In this document: positions 9,824 to 19,362 of the stretch, one piece after another | Layout: every line of letters starts with the position of its first letter | How positions within the stretch are numbered: the stretch's first letter is position 1 | DNA from: Bdellovibrionales bacterium | Lineage (GTDB): Bacteria; Bdellovibrionota; Bdellovibrionia; Bdellovibrionales; UBA1609 | Assembly (NCBI GenBank): GCA_965203785.1 | Contig: OZ241911.1 | Coordinates: 100,013-164,012 of the forward strand | Direction: 5' to 3' | Length of the DNA stretch: 64,000 bases | Made by a program: the position numbers and the translations under genes | Notes under the pieces: model-generated | Seen by the model: only the letters and a program-made list of their open reading frames with translations | What the model was told of the DNA's origin: nothing | The model's database searches: none

Positions 9824-11668
9824 ATGGAATCCGATAAACATAAATCCGAATTAAACTGGCTTCTCGCCGCAGGTGTAGTGGGAGCAGACATTGGCACTTC
9901 TGTTTTTTACGGGACGGGGATTTTGTTTCCCATTGTCGGATATTTAGCTCCCTTATTTGTGCTAACTGCTTGTTTAGCTATGTGGCTTTTTAAACGAACT
10001 TACGAAGAGGGGCTGGCAATGAGTCCTTATAATGGTGGAGCTTATTCGATGATTTTACGCAGTATCGGCAAACGAACAGCTGTTTTCGCAGGAGCCCTAA
10101 CCTTTGTATCCTATTTAGCCACAGCGGCCGTTAGCTCTTTGTCTGGTGGATTTTATCTGTCTTCTTTGTTTGAAGGAGGATTTAATTCCTCCACAGTGGT
10201 GTTGATATCTTTTATACCTGTGATTTTTTTTGGATTTCTCAATATCAAAGGTATTAAAGAATCGGCAAAGCTCGTTACGGGGATTGCTTTGTTCCATTTC
10301 GGGTTATTGGGAATTATTGTTTTATGGAGCAGTGTGTATATTATTTTCCACTGGTCCGAGGTGGATTTTTCGAAGTTTGGAGATTTTTCTCGTTTTCCTC
10401 AAGCTTTAACTGGAGCGACTTTAATGTATGGATTTGCCGCCGCCTTTCTGGGCATTACAGGCTTCGAATCAGCGGCTCAAATTGTAGAAACTTTAGAGCA
10501 TCCCACTTCTGACACCGTTCGAAAACTTTACCGAATAGTGATTATATTAGTATCTCTGACTGCTCCACTTATTTCTTTAATGTGTCTGACCATTCTCACT
10601 CCCGATGAAATAACAGGTAATTTAAACTATTTGTTAAGTGGATTGTCCGAAAAAATTGGAGGGCGATTTCTTTTAACACTCATTGTATTGGATGCCACCT
10701 GCACCTTATTTGCCGCTACCAACACTGCTTTTATTGGCTTTATTGGACTGGCGACTACAATGGCTAAGCACGGAAATTTACCTCAGTTTTTTTTAAAAAG
10801 AGTTTCTCATATTATTCCTCAATTACAGGGGTATCCATTCACCATCTTAAGTTTAATGCTAATTGTTATGGGAACTTCTGCCTTTGTCGCTGGGGAAGTG
10901 GACATTGCCGCAAAAGTTTATGAGATTGCTTTTTTAGGAGTTATGGTCAGTTTTGCTCTGGGGGCAATTATTATGAGAAACAAAGGGTTTCGCCAATCTA
11001 CCCCGAGGCAGTATTTATCATCTTCTTTTTTAAAAATAAATGGAACCAAGCTTTCTTTACCTCCACTTCTTACAAGCTTTATTTTAAGCTTTGCAGTTTG
11101 TTTGTTAATGTGGAATGCCAGTGCAGATACTCGCTTTATGTTGACCTTTCTTATGGGAATTACTTTGATGCTCATGACTTACTATCGATGGGGAGTATTG
11201 GAAACTCGCCTAGAAACCCACACCGATTTGCGATTAGCTTTGGGTCGCTTTATTCACAATGTCAATGAGCTCCCCAAAGATTTGCCCAAACATGTTTTAT
11301 GCATTGGAGAACACAGAGTGCGATTATTAATTTCCAAAACTCTTAGTTTGATTTTCAATAAGCAATCGGGACCGTTTGAATTAATTTTATTTTATGCAGA
11401 AAACGAAAATATCACTGGTCGCAATATTTTTTACGAACTCTTGCAACGAGTGGTCTCTCAACAAATTGCTCCCATCTACGAAAAAAAAGATATTATCTTA
11501 ACTGTCAAAATCTTACCCGGGCAAATTTTAGAAGGATTGCGAAGTTTAAAAAAAACCAACTCCCCTGTGGCCATCTATTTTGGCATAGGCAGAAACTCTG
11601 AGCTTTCTCACCGTCAACGCAATCATATTGCAAGCGAAATCGAAATGCCTATTACCGCTATCAGCTAA
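9824..11668 (+). CDS. APC-superfamily amino-acid/polyamine permease with a ~170-aa C-terminal soluble extension
   Basis: About 12 hydrophobic segments with an APC-like N-terminus (GVVGADIGTSVFYGTG). Substrate unknown. Confidence 0.65.
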   Translation: MESDKHKSELNWLLAAGVVGADIGTSVFYGTGILFPIVGYLAPLFVLTACLAMWLFKRTYEEGLAMSPYNGGAYSMILRSIGKRTAVFAGALTFVSYLATAAVSSLSGGFYLSSLFEGGFNSSTVVLISFIPVIFFGFLNIKGIKESAKLVTGIALFHFGLLGIIVLWSSVYIIFHWSEVDFSKFGDFSRFPQALTGATLMYGFAAAFLGITGFESAAQIVETLEHPTSDTVRKLYRIVIILVSLTAPLISLMCLTILTPDEITGNLNYLLSGLSEKIGGRFLLTLIVLDATCTLFAATNTAFIGFIGLATTMAKHGNLPQFFLKRVSHIIPQLQGYPFTILSLMLIVMGTSAFVAGEVDIAAKVYEIAFLGVMVSFALGAIIMRNKGFRQSTPRQYLSSSFLKINGTKLSLPPLLTSFILSFAVCLLMWNASADTRFMLTFLMGITLMLMTYYRWGVLETRLETHTDLRLALGRFIHNVNELPKDLPKHVLCIGEHRVRLLISKTLSLIFNKQSGPFELILFYAENENITGRNIFYELLQRVVSQQIAPIYEKKDIILTVKILPGQILEGLRSLKKTNSPVAIYFGIGRNSELSHRQRNHIASEIEMPITAIS

Positions 11669-11689
11669 TTTCTGTTATAGTGATTAATT

Positions 11690-11995
11690 ATGATCGTCAA
11701 CCGATGGCAAGCTCCCATTTTACCTACATTTGAGCAAATCAAAATGATTTTTGAAAGAGAAGGGCTTCGTCCAGTAGAAGAAGTCTACACCCCCGGTCAA
11801 GAAATATCTGCCCACCGACACCCATTTGACGAAGTACGAATGTTGGTTCAAGGCTCTCTTTTAATTGATATTGCTGGAAACAACCTATTGCTAAGAGCTG
11901 GAGATAAAATTATTATTCCATCCAACACCAAGCATTCAAAAAAAGTTCATGGCAAAGAAACTTGTATTTGTATTTTTTCTTATAAAGTTCTTTAG
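11690..11995 (+). CDS. Cupin-domain protein
   Basis: HRHPFDEVRMLVQG....AGDKIIIPSNTKHS is the two-motif cupin signature. Confidence 0.7.
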   Translation: MIVNRWQAPILPTFEQIKMIFEREGLRPVEEVYTPGQEISAHRHPFDEVRMLVQGSLLIDIAGNNLLLRAGDKIIIPSNTKHSKKVHGKETCICIFSYKVL

Positions 11996-12027
11996 AGATA
12001 AAATTTTTTAGAGAGTTTTTAAAGAAA

Positions 12028-13515
12028 TTAGGGAATTTTGCACAAAGTAGTTTGTCGGGTTAAGTTCTGATAAGTGGAAAGAGTAGAAATTCCCTGTGCT
12101 TCGTAAGCTTGTGCATAATCAGCTGGTTGTCTATCGTGCTTGTCCATTAAACAAACATTTGCTCGGTTTTTTAATAAAACTTTCACCACCGATGAACGAT
12201 ATCCTTCTTGAACGGCATAGTGCAAGGGGGTTTTTTTTTGATCATCTAAAGCATCAATCTGTGCTTTGGCTTGTAAAAGTAGTTGCACCTTGGCACGGGA
12301 TCCCACACCACTTGCATAATGTAAGGGGGTTCGTTGGTTTTTGTTGCTCGAATTGGGATTTGCTTTGTGGTCTAATAGAATTTTTAAAACTGCCAAGTTC
12401 GTGTTTTGTTTCGCTGAGTAATGTAAAGGAGTGTTTCCATAATTATCGGCTTGATTGACAAATGCTCCTAATTGAATGAGTCGCTTAACGACTTCCACAT
12501 GGGGGGTTTCCCCAGTTGCATAATGGAGTGGAGTGTCTCCATCTTCATCTTTAATATTTACAGACCAACCATGATTGACTAAAAAATCAATCATCTGCGG
12601 ATTTTTATTTTCTGCAGCCGCTTTATGTAAAGGACTACTCCCTCCCCGTCCCAGTTGATCTCGTTTAAGCTCTTTGCTTCGAAGAAGTGTTTCTAATACA
12701 GTAGCATTCTGGCTATAAGAAGCCCCCCAAAGTAAAGGGGTATCCCCATAGCGATTACTGGCATTGACATCACTTCCCATTTGAATCAAAGTTTGTGCAA
12801 TTAGAGGATTGGAATTAAAAGCCACTGCCCAGTGTAAAGGAGTGCTGTGTTCTAAGTCACGACTATTGGGATCAGCTCCCGCATTAATGAGTATTTGAAT
12901 AACTTGAGGGTTGGAATTTTTAGCAGCTGCTTTATGCAATAAACTCAATCCATTAATGTTAGTAATTTTTACATGTTTTACTTGATCTAAAAACCAATTG
13001 AGTATTTGAGTGTTTGGATTATTTCCCACCAGAGAATGCAAAACACTATCGCCTTTGTGGTCACGAGCTTTGTAATCAGCCCCTGCTTTTAAACTCATTT
13101 GAATAATTTTTTCATCTCGAGAAAAAGCCGTTACATAATGCAAAAGAGTTTTACCTCGTTCATCATGCCAATTCACATCGGCTTTATGGGATAATAAAAT
13201 TTGAAATTTTTTTGGATCTTTAATGGCATAATAAATGGGGGGATAGCCATGTTGATCTAAAACATGAATCGCACTTCCTTTTTGAATCAACCATTCGGTA
13301 ACTTGAGAATTTAAGTTATACTGAATGGCATAATGTAAAACAGATCCTAAGTCTTTCCCTCTGCGTGTTAAGTCTTTTTCCGACACTAAAAAAGATAAAA
13401 CTTTAAGATTTTTGACATAAGCACACACCCAATGCACGGGATGATTAAACACCGGATGGGTATAATAGGCATAAAAACTAGATCCTAAAACTAACAAGCA
13501 TAATATCCATTTCAT
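12028..13515 (-). CDS. Ankyrin-repeat protein (~13 repeats) with an N-terminal signal/anchor sequence
   Basis: MKWILCLLVLGSSFYAYY is followed by repeated G.TPLH.A......V...L...GA..N units throughout. Confidence 0.88.
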   Translation of the reverse strand: MKWILCLLVLGSSFYAYYTHPVFNHPVHWVCAYVKNLKVLSFLVSEKDLTRRGKDLGSVLHYAIQYNLNSQVTEWLIQKGSAIHVLDQHGYPPIYYAIKDPKKFQILLSHKADVNWHDERGKTLLHYVTAFSRDEKIIQMSLKAGADYKARDHKGDSVLHSLVGNNPNTQILNWFLDQVKHVKITNINGLSLLHKAAAKNSNPQVIQILINAGADPNSRDLEHSTPLHWAVAFNSNPLIAQTLIQMGSDVNASNRYGDTPLLWGASYSQNATVLETLLRSKELKRDQLGRGGSSPLHKAAAENKNPQMIDFLVNHGWSVNIKDEDGDTPLHYATGETPHVEVVKRLIQLGAFVNQADNYGNTPLHYSAKQNTNLAVLKILLDHKANPNSSNKNQRTPLHYASGVGSRAKVQLLLQAKAQIDALDDQKKTPLHYAVQEGYRSSVVKVLLKNRANVCLMDKHDRQPADYAQAYEAQGISTLSTYQNLTRQTTLCKIP

Positions 13516-13539
13516 AAGGCAAAAAAGCTTCCATTGTTT

Positions 13540-14643
13540 TTAAGAAAAAGAATGATACTTTAACCCTAAATCCCTAGCTACAGATGGATGAGTCACTTGC
13601 CCGCGATAGACATTTAAACCTCGAGCTAAAGTGCGAGAATTTTGAATGGCTTTTTCTAATCCCTTATCTGCAATGTCTAAAGCGTAAGGAAAAGTGCGGT
13701 TAGTCAGAGCATAAGTTGAAGTGCGAGATACAATACCTGGGATATTCGGGACGGCATAGTGAATAACACCTGCATGGACAAAAGTGGGTTGATCGTGTGA
13801 AGTGGGATGAGCGGTTTCTACACATCCTCCCTGATCTACGGACACATCTACGATCACACTTCCTTCTGACATATCCTCCACCATCTGCTTAGTAACCAGT
13901 TTAGGAGCTTTTCGACCAGTCCGTAAAACAGCTCCAATTAATAAATCAGCTACCTGAACAGATCGGGCAATATTTTCTGAATTGGAATGCAAAATTTGAA
14001 CCCGTCCGTGATAATAATGACTCAAATACTCTAAGCGAGAGTAATTGACATCTAAAATTGTCACTTGTGAGCCCAAACCAACGGCGATAAAAGCGGCATT
14101 GATTCCGACAGTGCCTCCTCCGATAATAACGGTTTGCCCTTGGGGAACACCCGGCACCCCTCCAAGCAAAATACCTTTTCCCCCTCTATCTTTTTGCAAA
14201 TACCCAGCTCCGATTTGTGCAGACAAACGACCAGCTACTTCACTCATTGGTCTTAAAAGGGGTAAGGCTCCATCTTCTTCTTGAATAGTCTCATAAGCTA
14301 TGGCTTTTACTTTTCGTTTTAAAAGGGCTAAAGTGAGTTCTCGCTGCGCAGCTAAGTGCAAAAAAGTATAGAGAATTTGATCTTCTTTTAATAAATCGTA
14401 TTCTGATTTGAGAGGTTCTTTAACTTTAACGATCATATCGGATTGTTCGTAAATTTTTTGTGATGAAGAAATAAGTGTCGCTCCATTTTTTTGATAGCTT
14501 TCATCTGAGATAAAACTTCCCCGCCCTGCACCTGTTTGAACTAAAACTCGATGACCATTTTGAATCAACTGCCGAACATTGTGGTCGGTTAATCCCACTC
14601 GATTTTCTGCTCGTTTAATTTCTTTTGGAACACCAATAATCAT
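13540..14643 (-). CDS. ald: Alanine dehydrogenase
   Basis: MIIGVPKEIKRAENRVGLT, the Rossmann motif VIIGGGTVGINAA, and DVSVDQGGC. Confidence 0.9.
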   Translation of the reverse strand: MIIGVPKEIKRAENRVGLTDHNVRQLIQNGHRVLVQTGAGRGSFISDESYQKNGATLISSSQKIYEQSDMIVKVKEPLKSEYDLLKEDQILYTFLHLAAQRELTLALLKRKVKAIAYETIQEEDGALPLLRPMSEVAGRLSAQIGAGYLQKDRGGKGILLGGVPGVPQGQTVIIGGGTVGINAAFIAVGLGSQVTILDVNYSRLEYLSHYYHGRVQILHSNSENIARSVQVADLLIGAVLRTGRKAPKLVTKQMVEDMSEGSVIVDVSVDQGGCVETAHPTSHDQPTFVHAGVIHYAVPNIPGIVSRTSTYALTNRTFPYALDIADKGLEKAIQNSRTLARGLNVYRGQVTHPSVARDLGLKYHSFS

Positions 14644-15636
14644 TTACTTACCTTTTGCTAAATATTGACGAGCATAGTTGGTGAGCATACGTCCTCGAGC
14701 TGTTTTTTGTATCAAACCCTGTTGGACCAAAAATGGCTCATGAAAATCTTCCACCGTATCTGTTTCTTCCCCTAAGACACTGCATAGAGCATCAATACCC
14801 ACTGGTCCGCCCTGAAAATGATCCCTCATTAAAAGCAAAATTTTTAAATCCATAAAGTCTAACCCTTTTTGATCGACTCCTAAATAATGGAGAGCTTTTT
14901 GAGCTTGTTCTTGGTCAATTAAATTTCCCCCATGGACTTGCACCACATCTCTTACTCTTTTTAATAGACGATTAGCTGTGCGAGGGGTTCCCCGACTCCG
15001 AGAGGCGATTTCAAGAGCTGCTTCTTCAGTAATAGATACCTTCAACAAACGAGCGGAACGAGAGATAATTGTACTCAACGATTTTTCTTTATAAAATGAC
15101 ATACGCTCCACAATTCCAAAACGATCCCGAAAGGGAGAGTTTAAAAGTCCAATTCGAGTGGTAGCTCCAATTAAGGTAAACGGGGAGAGTTGAAACCGCA
15201 TAGAGCGTGCTCCAAAACCTTCACCTGTCACAATATCAATATAAAAATCTTCCATTGCACTATATAAATATTCTTCCACTTCTTTGGGAAGACGATGAAT
15301 TTCGTCTATAAAAAAAACTGCATTTTCTTTCATAGTTGTTAAGAGTGCCGCCATATCTCCTTTTCGGCGAATCACCGGACCTGAGCTGGTCTTTAAATCC
15401 ACTTTCATTTTATGGGCAATAATATGAGCTAAAGTTGTTTTGCCTAAACCCGGAGGTCCAACCAATAGACAATGATCCAATACTTCTTTTCTCTTTAAAG
15501 AAGCCGAAACAAAGAGTTCGATTTTCGCTTTTACTTCATCTTGACCAGGAAATTCTTCAAACTTGGAAGGTCGCAAACTATAGTTATTAAATGGTGCTTG
15601 CCGAGGAAGACTTGCCAGCTCAACTCTATGCTCCAT
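14644..15636 (-). CDS. ruvB: Holliday junction branch migration DNA helicase RuvB
   Basis: RP..F.EF.GQ, Walker A GPPGLGKTTLA, Walker B FIDEIHRL, and GTPRTANRLLKRVRD. Confidence 0.95.
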   Translation of the reverse strand: MEHRVELASLPRQAPFNNYSLRPSKFEEFPGQDEVKAKIELFVSASLKRKEVLDHCLLVGPPGLGKTTLAHIIAHKMKVDLKTSSGPVIRRKGDMAALLTTMKENAVFFIDEIHRLPKEVEEYLYSAMEDFYIDIVTGEGFGARSMRFQLSPFTLIGATTRIGLLNSPFRDRFGIVERMSFYKEKSLSTIISRSARLLKVSITEEAALEIASRSRGTPRTANRLLKRVRDVVQVHGGNLIDQEQAQKALHYLGVDQKGLDFMDLKILLLMRDHFQGGPVGIDALCSVLGEETDTVEDFHEPFLVQQGLIQKTARGRMLTNYARQYLAKGK

Positions 15637-16219
15637 CGGCTACAACCTCCCGATCGGGTCGAAGATAAGACAAAGCTTTTTTAAGAGCTTTGGATTGGTC
15701 TTTTTCAAATGGAATTTGATCCAACACTTTATGAATTTCTTTTGAATGAAACCCCAAATGAGATAAAACTTCGTTTAACCATTTCTTCATTTGTATTTCT
15801 TCGGATTTTCCAACTCCTATTGGTAAATTACCCTTTAAACCTAATACCATCTGCTGAGCAATTTTTTTGCCCACTCTGGGTAAACTACATAACCCCTTTA
15901 CATCTTCTTTTTCAATCATCTCCACTAACAAATCTAAAGAAGAAACTGCCGACAAAACTGATAAAGCCATTTTAGGTCCCACACCAGAAATGCCAATAAA
16001 AGCACAAAATAATTCTTTTTCTAAATGAGTAAAAAAACCATAAAGTTTAAAACTATCTTCTCGCACATGGGTGTAAATTTCTAACTCAACAGTGGAGTGT
16101 AAAGATAACCCATTACAAGTTTTATTGGATACAAAAACCTCATAGCCCACCCCTCTCACATCTACCATTATGCAATGGGATTCGATTCGCTTAACAACTC
16201 CTTTTAGAAAGGCAATCAT
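15626..16219 (-). CDS. ruvA: Holliday junction DNA-binding protein RuvA
   Basis: MIAFLKGVV......VDVRGVGYEVFVS and the HhH region ISGVGPKMAL. ATG 16219 overlaps the ruvC stop (ATGA). The longer track ORF to 16330 is a spurious N-terminal extension. Confidence 0.9.
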   Translation of the reverse strand: MIAFLKGVVKRIESHCIMVDVRGVGYEVFVSNKTCNGLSLHSTVELEIYTHVREDSFKLYGFFTHLEKELFCAFIGISGVGPKMALSVLSAVSSLDLLVEMIEKEDVKGLCSLPRVGKKIAQQMVLGLKGNLPIGVGKSEEIQMKKWLNEVLSHLGFHSKEIHKVLDQIPFEKDQSKALKKALSYLRPDREVVADGA

Positions 16220-16722
16220 AACTGTTTTCCCAATAAGTGAGGTCTTTGCTTTTGAAAAACATGACATAAGGCGACAGCTAAAGCATCTGTTGCGTCCAAA
16301 GGGATTTCTAAATCGGGCAGAGAGAACCAATTGGAAATAAAGTTTTTTACTGTTTGCTTATCTGCTCCACCCATTCCCGTCACAGATTGTTTAACAAACC
16401 GAGTGGCATAAGAAAAAAACTGTGAATGATACCGACTCGCTTGATAACTACAGATGCCAAAAATTTGACCCAGCTTAAAGGCGCTATCGGCATTTTTACC
16501 AAAAAAAACTTTTTCCACCGCAGTTTCTGAGGGGCTATATTTCTGATAAAGTTGTTCCAACTTCCCTCCAATCACCAATAGGCGATCCACATAATTTTCT
16601 GTTTTTCCGCCCTCTATCACACCTAAATCCTGTAAAATAAGTTGCTCTTTTTCTAAGCCAATTACGGCAAAGCCCATTCGAATAGTCCCAGGATCTAAAC
16701 CCAATACCTTGCTCTTCATCAT
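16216..16722 (-). CDS. ruvC: Crossover junction endodeoxyribonuclease RuvC
   Basis: VLGLDPGTIRMGFAVI, ..AVEKVFFGKNADSAFKLGQ, and DATDALAVALCH. Confidence 0.92.
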   Translation of the reverse strand: MMKSKVLGLDPGTIRMGFAVIGLEKEQLILQDLGVIEGGKTENYVDRLLVIGGKLEQLYQKYSPSETAVEKVFFGKNADSAFKLGQIFGICSYQASRYHSQFFSYATRFVKQSVTGMGGADKQTVKNFISNWFSLPDLEIPLDATDALAVALCHVFQKQRPHLLGKQL

Positions 16723-16793
16723 AAAGCTTCTACAAGACTATCCCGATAGAAAACATCTGGCAATTCCCTCTTTCTTTTTGTATGACATAAAGT

Positions 16794-17681
16794 ATGGCAG
16801 TTAAACCGTCTTTATTAAAGCATTATTTAAAGTTATATCGCAGAAAGCCTAATTCACAGTTTTTTGTTCCCTTAGCCGATCTCTATCGCAGAAATGGAAA
16901 CACAGACAAAGCCTTGCAAGTTTGCCAAAAGGGAATTAAAAACCATCCGAAGTTCGCAATGGGTCATGCCGAATTGGGAATGATCTGGATGGATTTAAAG
17001 CAATTAAACTTAGCTCAACAGTCTTTAGAGTTGGCCGTCCGACTTTCTCCAAAATACTTATTGGCACATAAATTATTAGGTCAAGTTTACTTAAAACAAA
17101 AAAACCCAGAAAAAACCCTCTCTGCTTACCAGATGGTTTTAACATTAGACCCGGGCAATAAAACTGCTACTCGCATTATCGATAAATTATCTAAAGCTGA
17201 AAAACCCCCTCCAGTAGACGATACAGGATTTACTTTTCAAAACCTATCGGAAGTTTCTGCTCAAATCACGCCACCTTCAACTTCGATTTCAACTCCGACT
17301 CCGACTTCGACTTCACTTCGTTCTACTTTATCGCACTCCACTTCGGATCATCATTTACCTCCCCTGCTTCATCCTCTGCCCAAAAAAACGAGCAAAACAA
17401 ACGAAGAAGAATTTAAAAATCGATGTTGGATAGTGGAAGGCTTGCTGGAACAAAACAATTTTGAGGAAGCAAAAAACCTTTTAACCGAGATGAAAAATAT
17501 TTATAACCATCACCAACAAAAAAAAGATTCCATCCATCGTCTAGAACAAAGCTTTTTTCTTAAAAAAAAGAAAATTCAAGAAGAGCAAATCAAACAAAAC
17601 CAAAAACGCTCTCATCAAATCAAAACTTTACGCCATTTACTCGATCGCGTCAATGGATATCTTTCTCGTCAAGAGTATTAA
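16794..17681 (+). CDS. TPR-repeat protein with an S/T/P-rich linker
   Basis: Several 34-aa TPR-like units are visible (ADLYRRNGNTDKALQVCQKGIKNHP..., AHKLLGQVYLKQKNPEKTLSAYQMVLTLDP). Confidence 0.6.
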   Translation: MAVKPSLLKHYLKLYRRKPNSQFFVPLADLYRRNGNTDKALQVCQKGIKNHPKFAMGHAELGMIWMDLKQLNLAQQSLELAVRLSPKYLLAHKLLGQVYLKQKNPEKTLSAYQMVLTLDPGNKTATRIIDKLSKAEKPPPVDDTGFTFQNLSEVSAQITPPSTSISTPTPTSTSLRSTLSHSTSDHHLPPLLHPLPKKTSKTNEEEFKNRCWIVEGLLEQNNFEEAKNLLTEMKNIYNHHQQKKDSIHRLEQSFFLKKKKIQEEQIKQNQKRSHQIKTLRHLLDRVNGYLSRQEY

Positions 17682-17699
17682 AACAGGGGCATTGGATCA

Positions 17700-18269
17700 A
17701 TGGTTGGAACTAACGATTTCAAAAAAGGACTTCGAATTTCTATTAAAAAAGAACCTTATGTGATTTTAGATTTTCAACATGTTAAACCGGGCAAGGGAAA
17801 TCAATTTACACGAACTAAACTTAAGCACTTAATTAAAGGTTCTTTGTTGGATTTAACCATTCGATCGGGTGAAAAATTTAAAGAACCCGATATTATTTAC
17901 AAAGATATGAACTTTTTATACAAAGACGAAAGCCAATTTTATTTTATGGATCGTGATTCTTACGAACAAATCACCTTACCTCAAAAAATAATTGGAGAGT
18001 ATGGTATGTTTTTAATAGAAAACATGACAGTTAAAATTTGTTTTTTTGATCAACAACCAGTAGGAATGGAATTAGCTAAAACTGTCCAGTTAAAAATTAA
18101 AGACACCGAGCCGGGATTTAAGGGCAACACAGTTACCAACACCACCAAGCCCGCTACATTGGAGACTGGATTAGTGATCCAAGTACCAACTCATCTCAAT
18201 TCTGGAGATATCATTAAAATCAATACCAAAAAATGTTCTTATATTGAAAGAGTAAAATCTAGGAACTAA
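17700..18269 (+). CDS. efp: Translation elongation factor P
   Basis: DFKKGLRI.......VILDFQHVKPGKGNQFTRTKLK, with the conserved Lys in the PGKG loop. Confidence 0.92.
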   Translation: MVGTNDFKKGLRISIKKEPYVILDFQHVKPGKGNQFTRTKLKHLIKGSLLDLTIRSGEKFKEPDIIYKDMNFLYKDESQFYFMDRDSYEQITLPQKIIGEYGMFLIENMTVKICFFDQQPVGMELAKTVQLKIKDTEPGFKGNTVTNTTKPATLETGLVIQVPTHLNSGDIIKINTKKCSYIERVKSRN

Positions 18270-18271
18270 AA

Positions 18272-19354
18272 ATGACCCAATTTGCAAAAAATAAAAAACT
18301 CAGCACTCCATTTTCAAACTCAATCGAAACAACCGTCCAATCTCTTTTAGTTAAAGGCACACCAATTAGAAAAATTGCCAAGCAATTACTAAAAAAAAAA
18401 GCCGTCCAAACGAATGCAAATTACTTTCACCAAGTTTGCCGATTTTTGTATCAAGCGGGATTAGACCAAATGCTGATCCAAGTTTGCAGTTGGAGATTGA
18501 AAAACAAAAAAATTATCCCATGGAGTTTTTTAATAGAAACTTTATCGTCCCGAAAAATTCAAGTTCCTAAAAAAATTCAACGAGTTTTCTTAAAAGGCAT
18601 TCACGAACAAAAACAAATTAAAGAAATGCTCACCAGTCGAAGCTGGGATCATAACCATCCCGAATTACAAGAATGGAAAACTCAAACAATCCAAATAATC
18701 TTTAACAAAAAAAACAAAAATTTTATTAAACTCATGGAAGATTTAGAGTTTATCCAAAGCCAAGGAGTTTTACAAAAAGAAGAAGAAATTCTAAAAAAAT
18801 TGAAAAAAATTGATCCTCAAAATCCAGATATTCAAGAAAAATGGAATCAATTTAAAGAAAAATGGGGACGACACATTATTCGAAAAAAAAAACAAGAATT
18901 GTTGACAAAAACTACTCCACCATCCCCTCCGCCCAAAGAAGAACTGGAATTTGCTAAAAAACTTTTAAGTCTTGCAAAAAAAATGTTAAAAAAACAACCT
19001 CAACTCGGCGAAAACTTAGCTTTGCTGTTTTCTTTTATTGGTTATCCTCGTATGGCGGTCAGTCTTTTAGAAAATCAATTACATTCTTCGTCTAGTGAAT
19101 GGTTATATATAGACCTACTGTTACAAAGCCAACTGTATGTGAGTTGCTTAAGTTTTGCAGACTATATGGAAATGAAATATAAAAATAACCCCGACACTGT
19201 TTTTGCTCTATCTTATACTCGTTCTAAAGCCTATTATGGCTTGGGGAAAAAACAAAAAGCTAAAAATATTTTAAAAGAATTGCTAAAAATTCGACCTAAT
19301 TATCGACTCATTTATGTTTTATTAGAACAATGGGAAAAGGGAGTAGAGCATTGA
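18272..19354 (+). CDS. Hypothetical protein (helical, possible TPR-like C-terminus)
   Basis: A 360-aa ORF packed tightly between efp and the tamB-like gene. No motif recognised. Confidence 0.5.
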   Translation: MTQFAKNKKLSTPFSNSIETTVQSLLVKGTPIRKIAKQLLKKKAVQTNANYFHQVCRFLYQAGLDQMLIQVCSWRLKNKKIIPWSFLIETLSSRKIQVPKKIQRVFLKGIHEQKQIKEMLTSRSWDHNHPELQEWKTQTIQIIFNKKNKNFIKLMEDLEFIQSQGVLQKEEEILKKLKKIDPQNPDIQEKWNQFKEKWGRHIIRKKKQELLTKTTPPSPPPKEELEFAKKLLSLAKKMLKKQPQLGENLALLFSFIGYPRMAVSLLENQLHSSSSEWLYIDLLLQSQLYVSCLSFADYMEMKYKNNPDTVFALSYTRSKAYYGLGKKQKAKNILKELLKIRPNYRLIYVLLEQWEKGVEH

Positions 19355-19362
19355 AAGTGCCG

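Noticed and set aside
16220-16330. An N-terminal extension of ruvA in the ORF track (MVLSARFRNPF...).
   Set aside because: It overlaps the ruvC 3' end. Canonical RuvA begins at MIAFLKG, with an ATGA overlap at 16216-16219.
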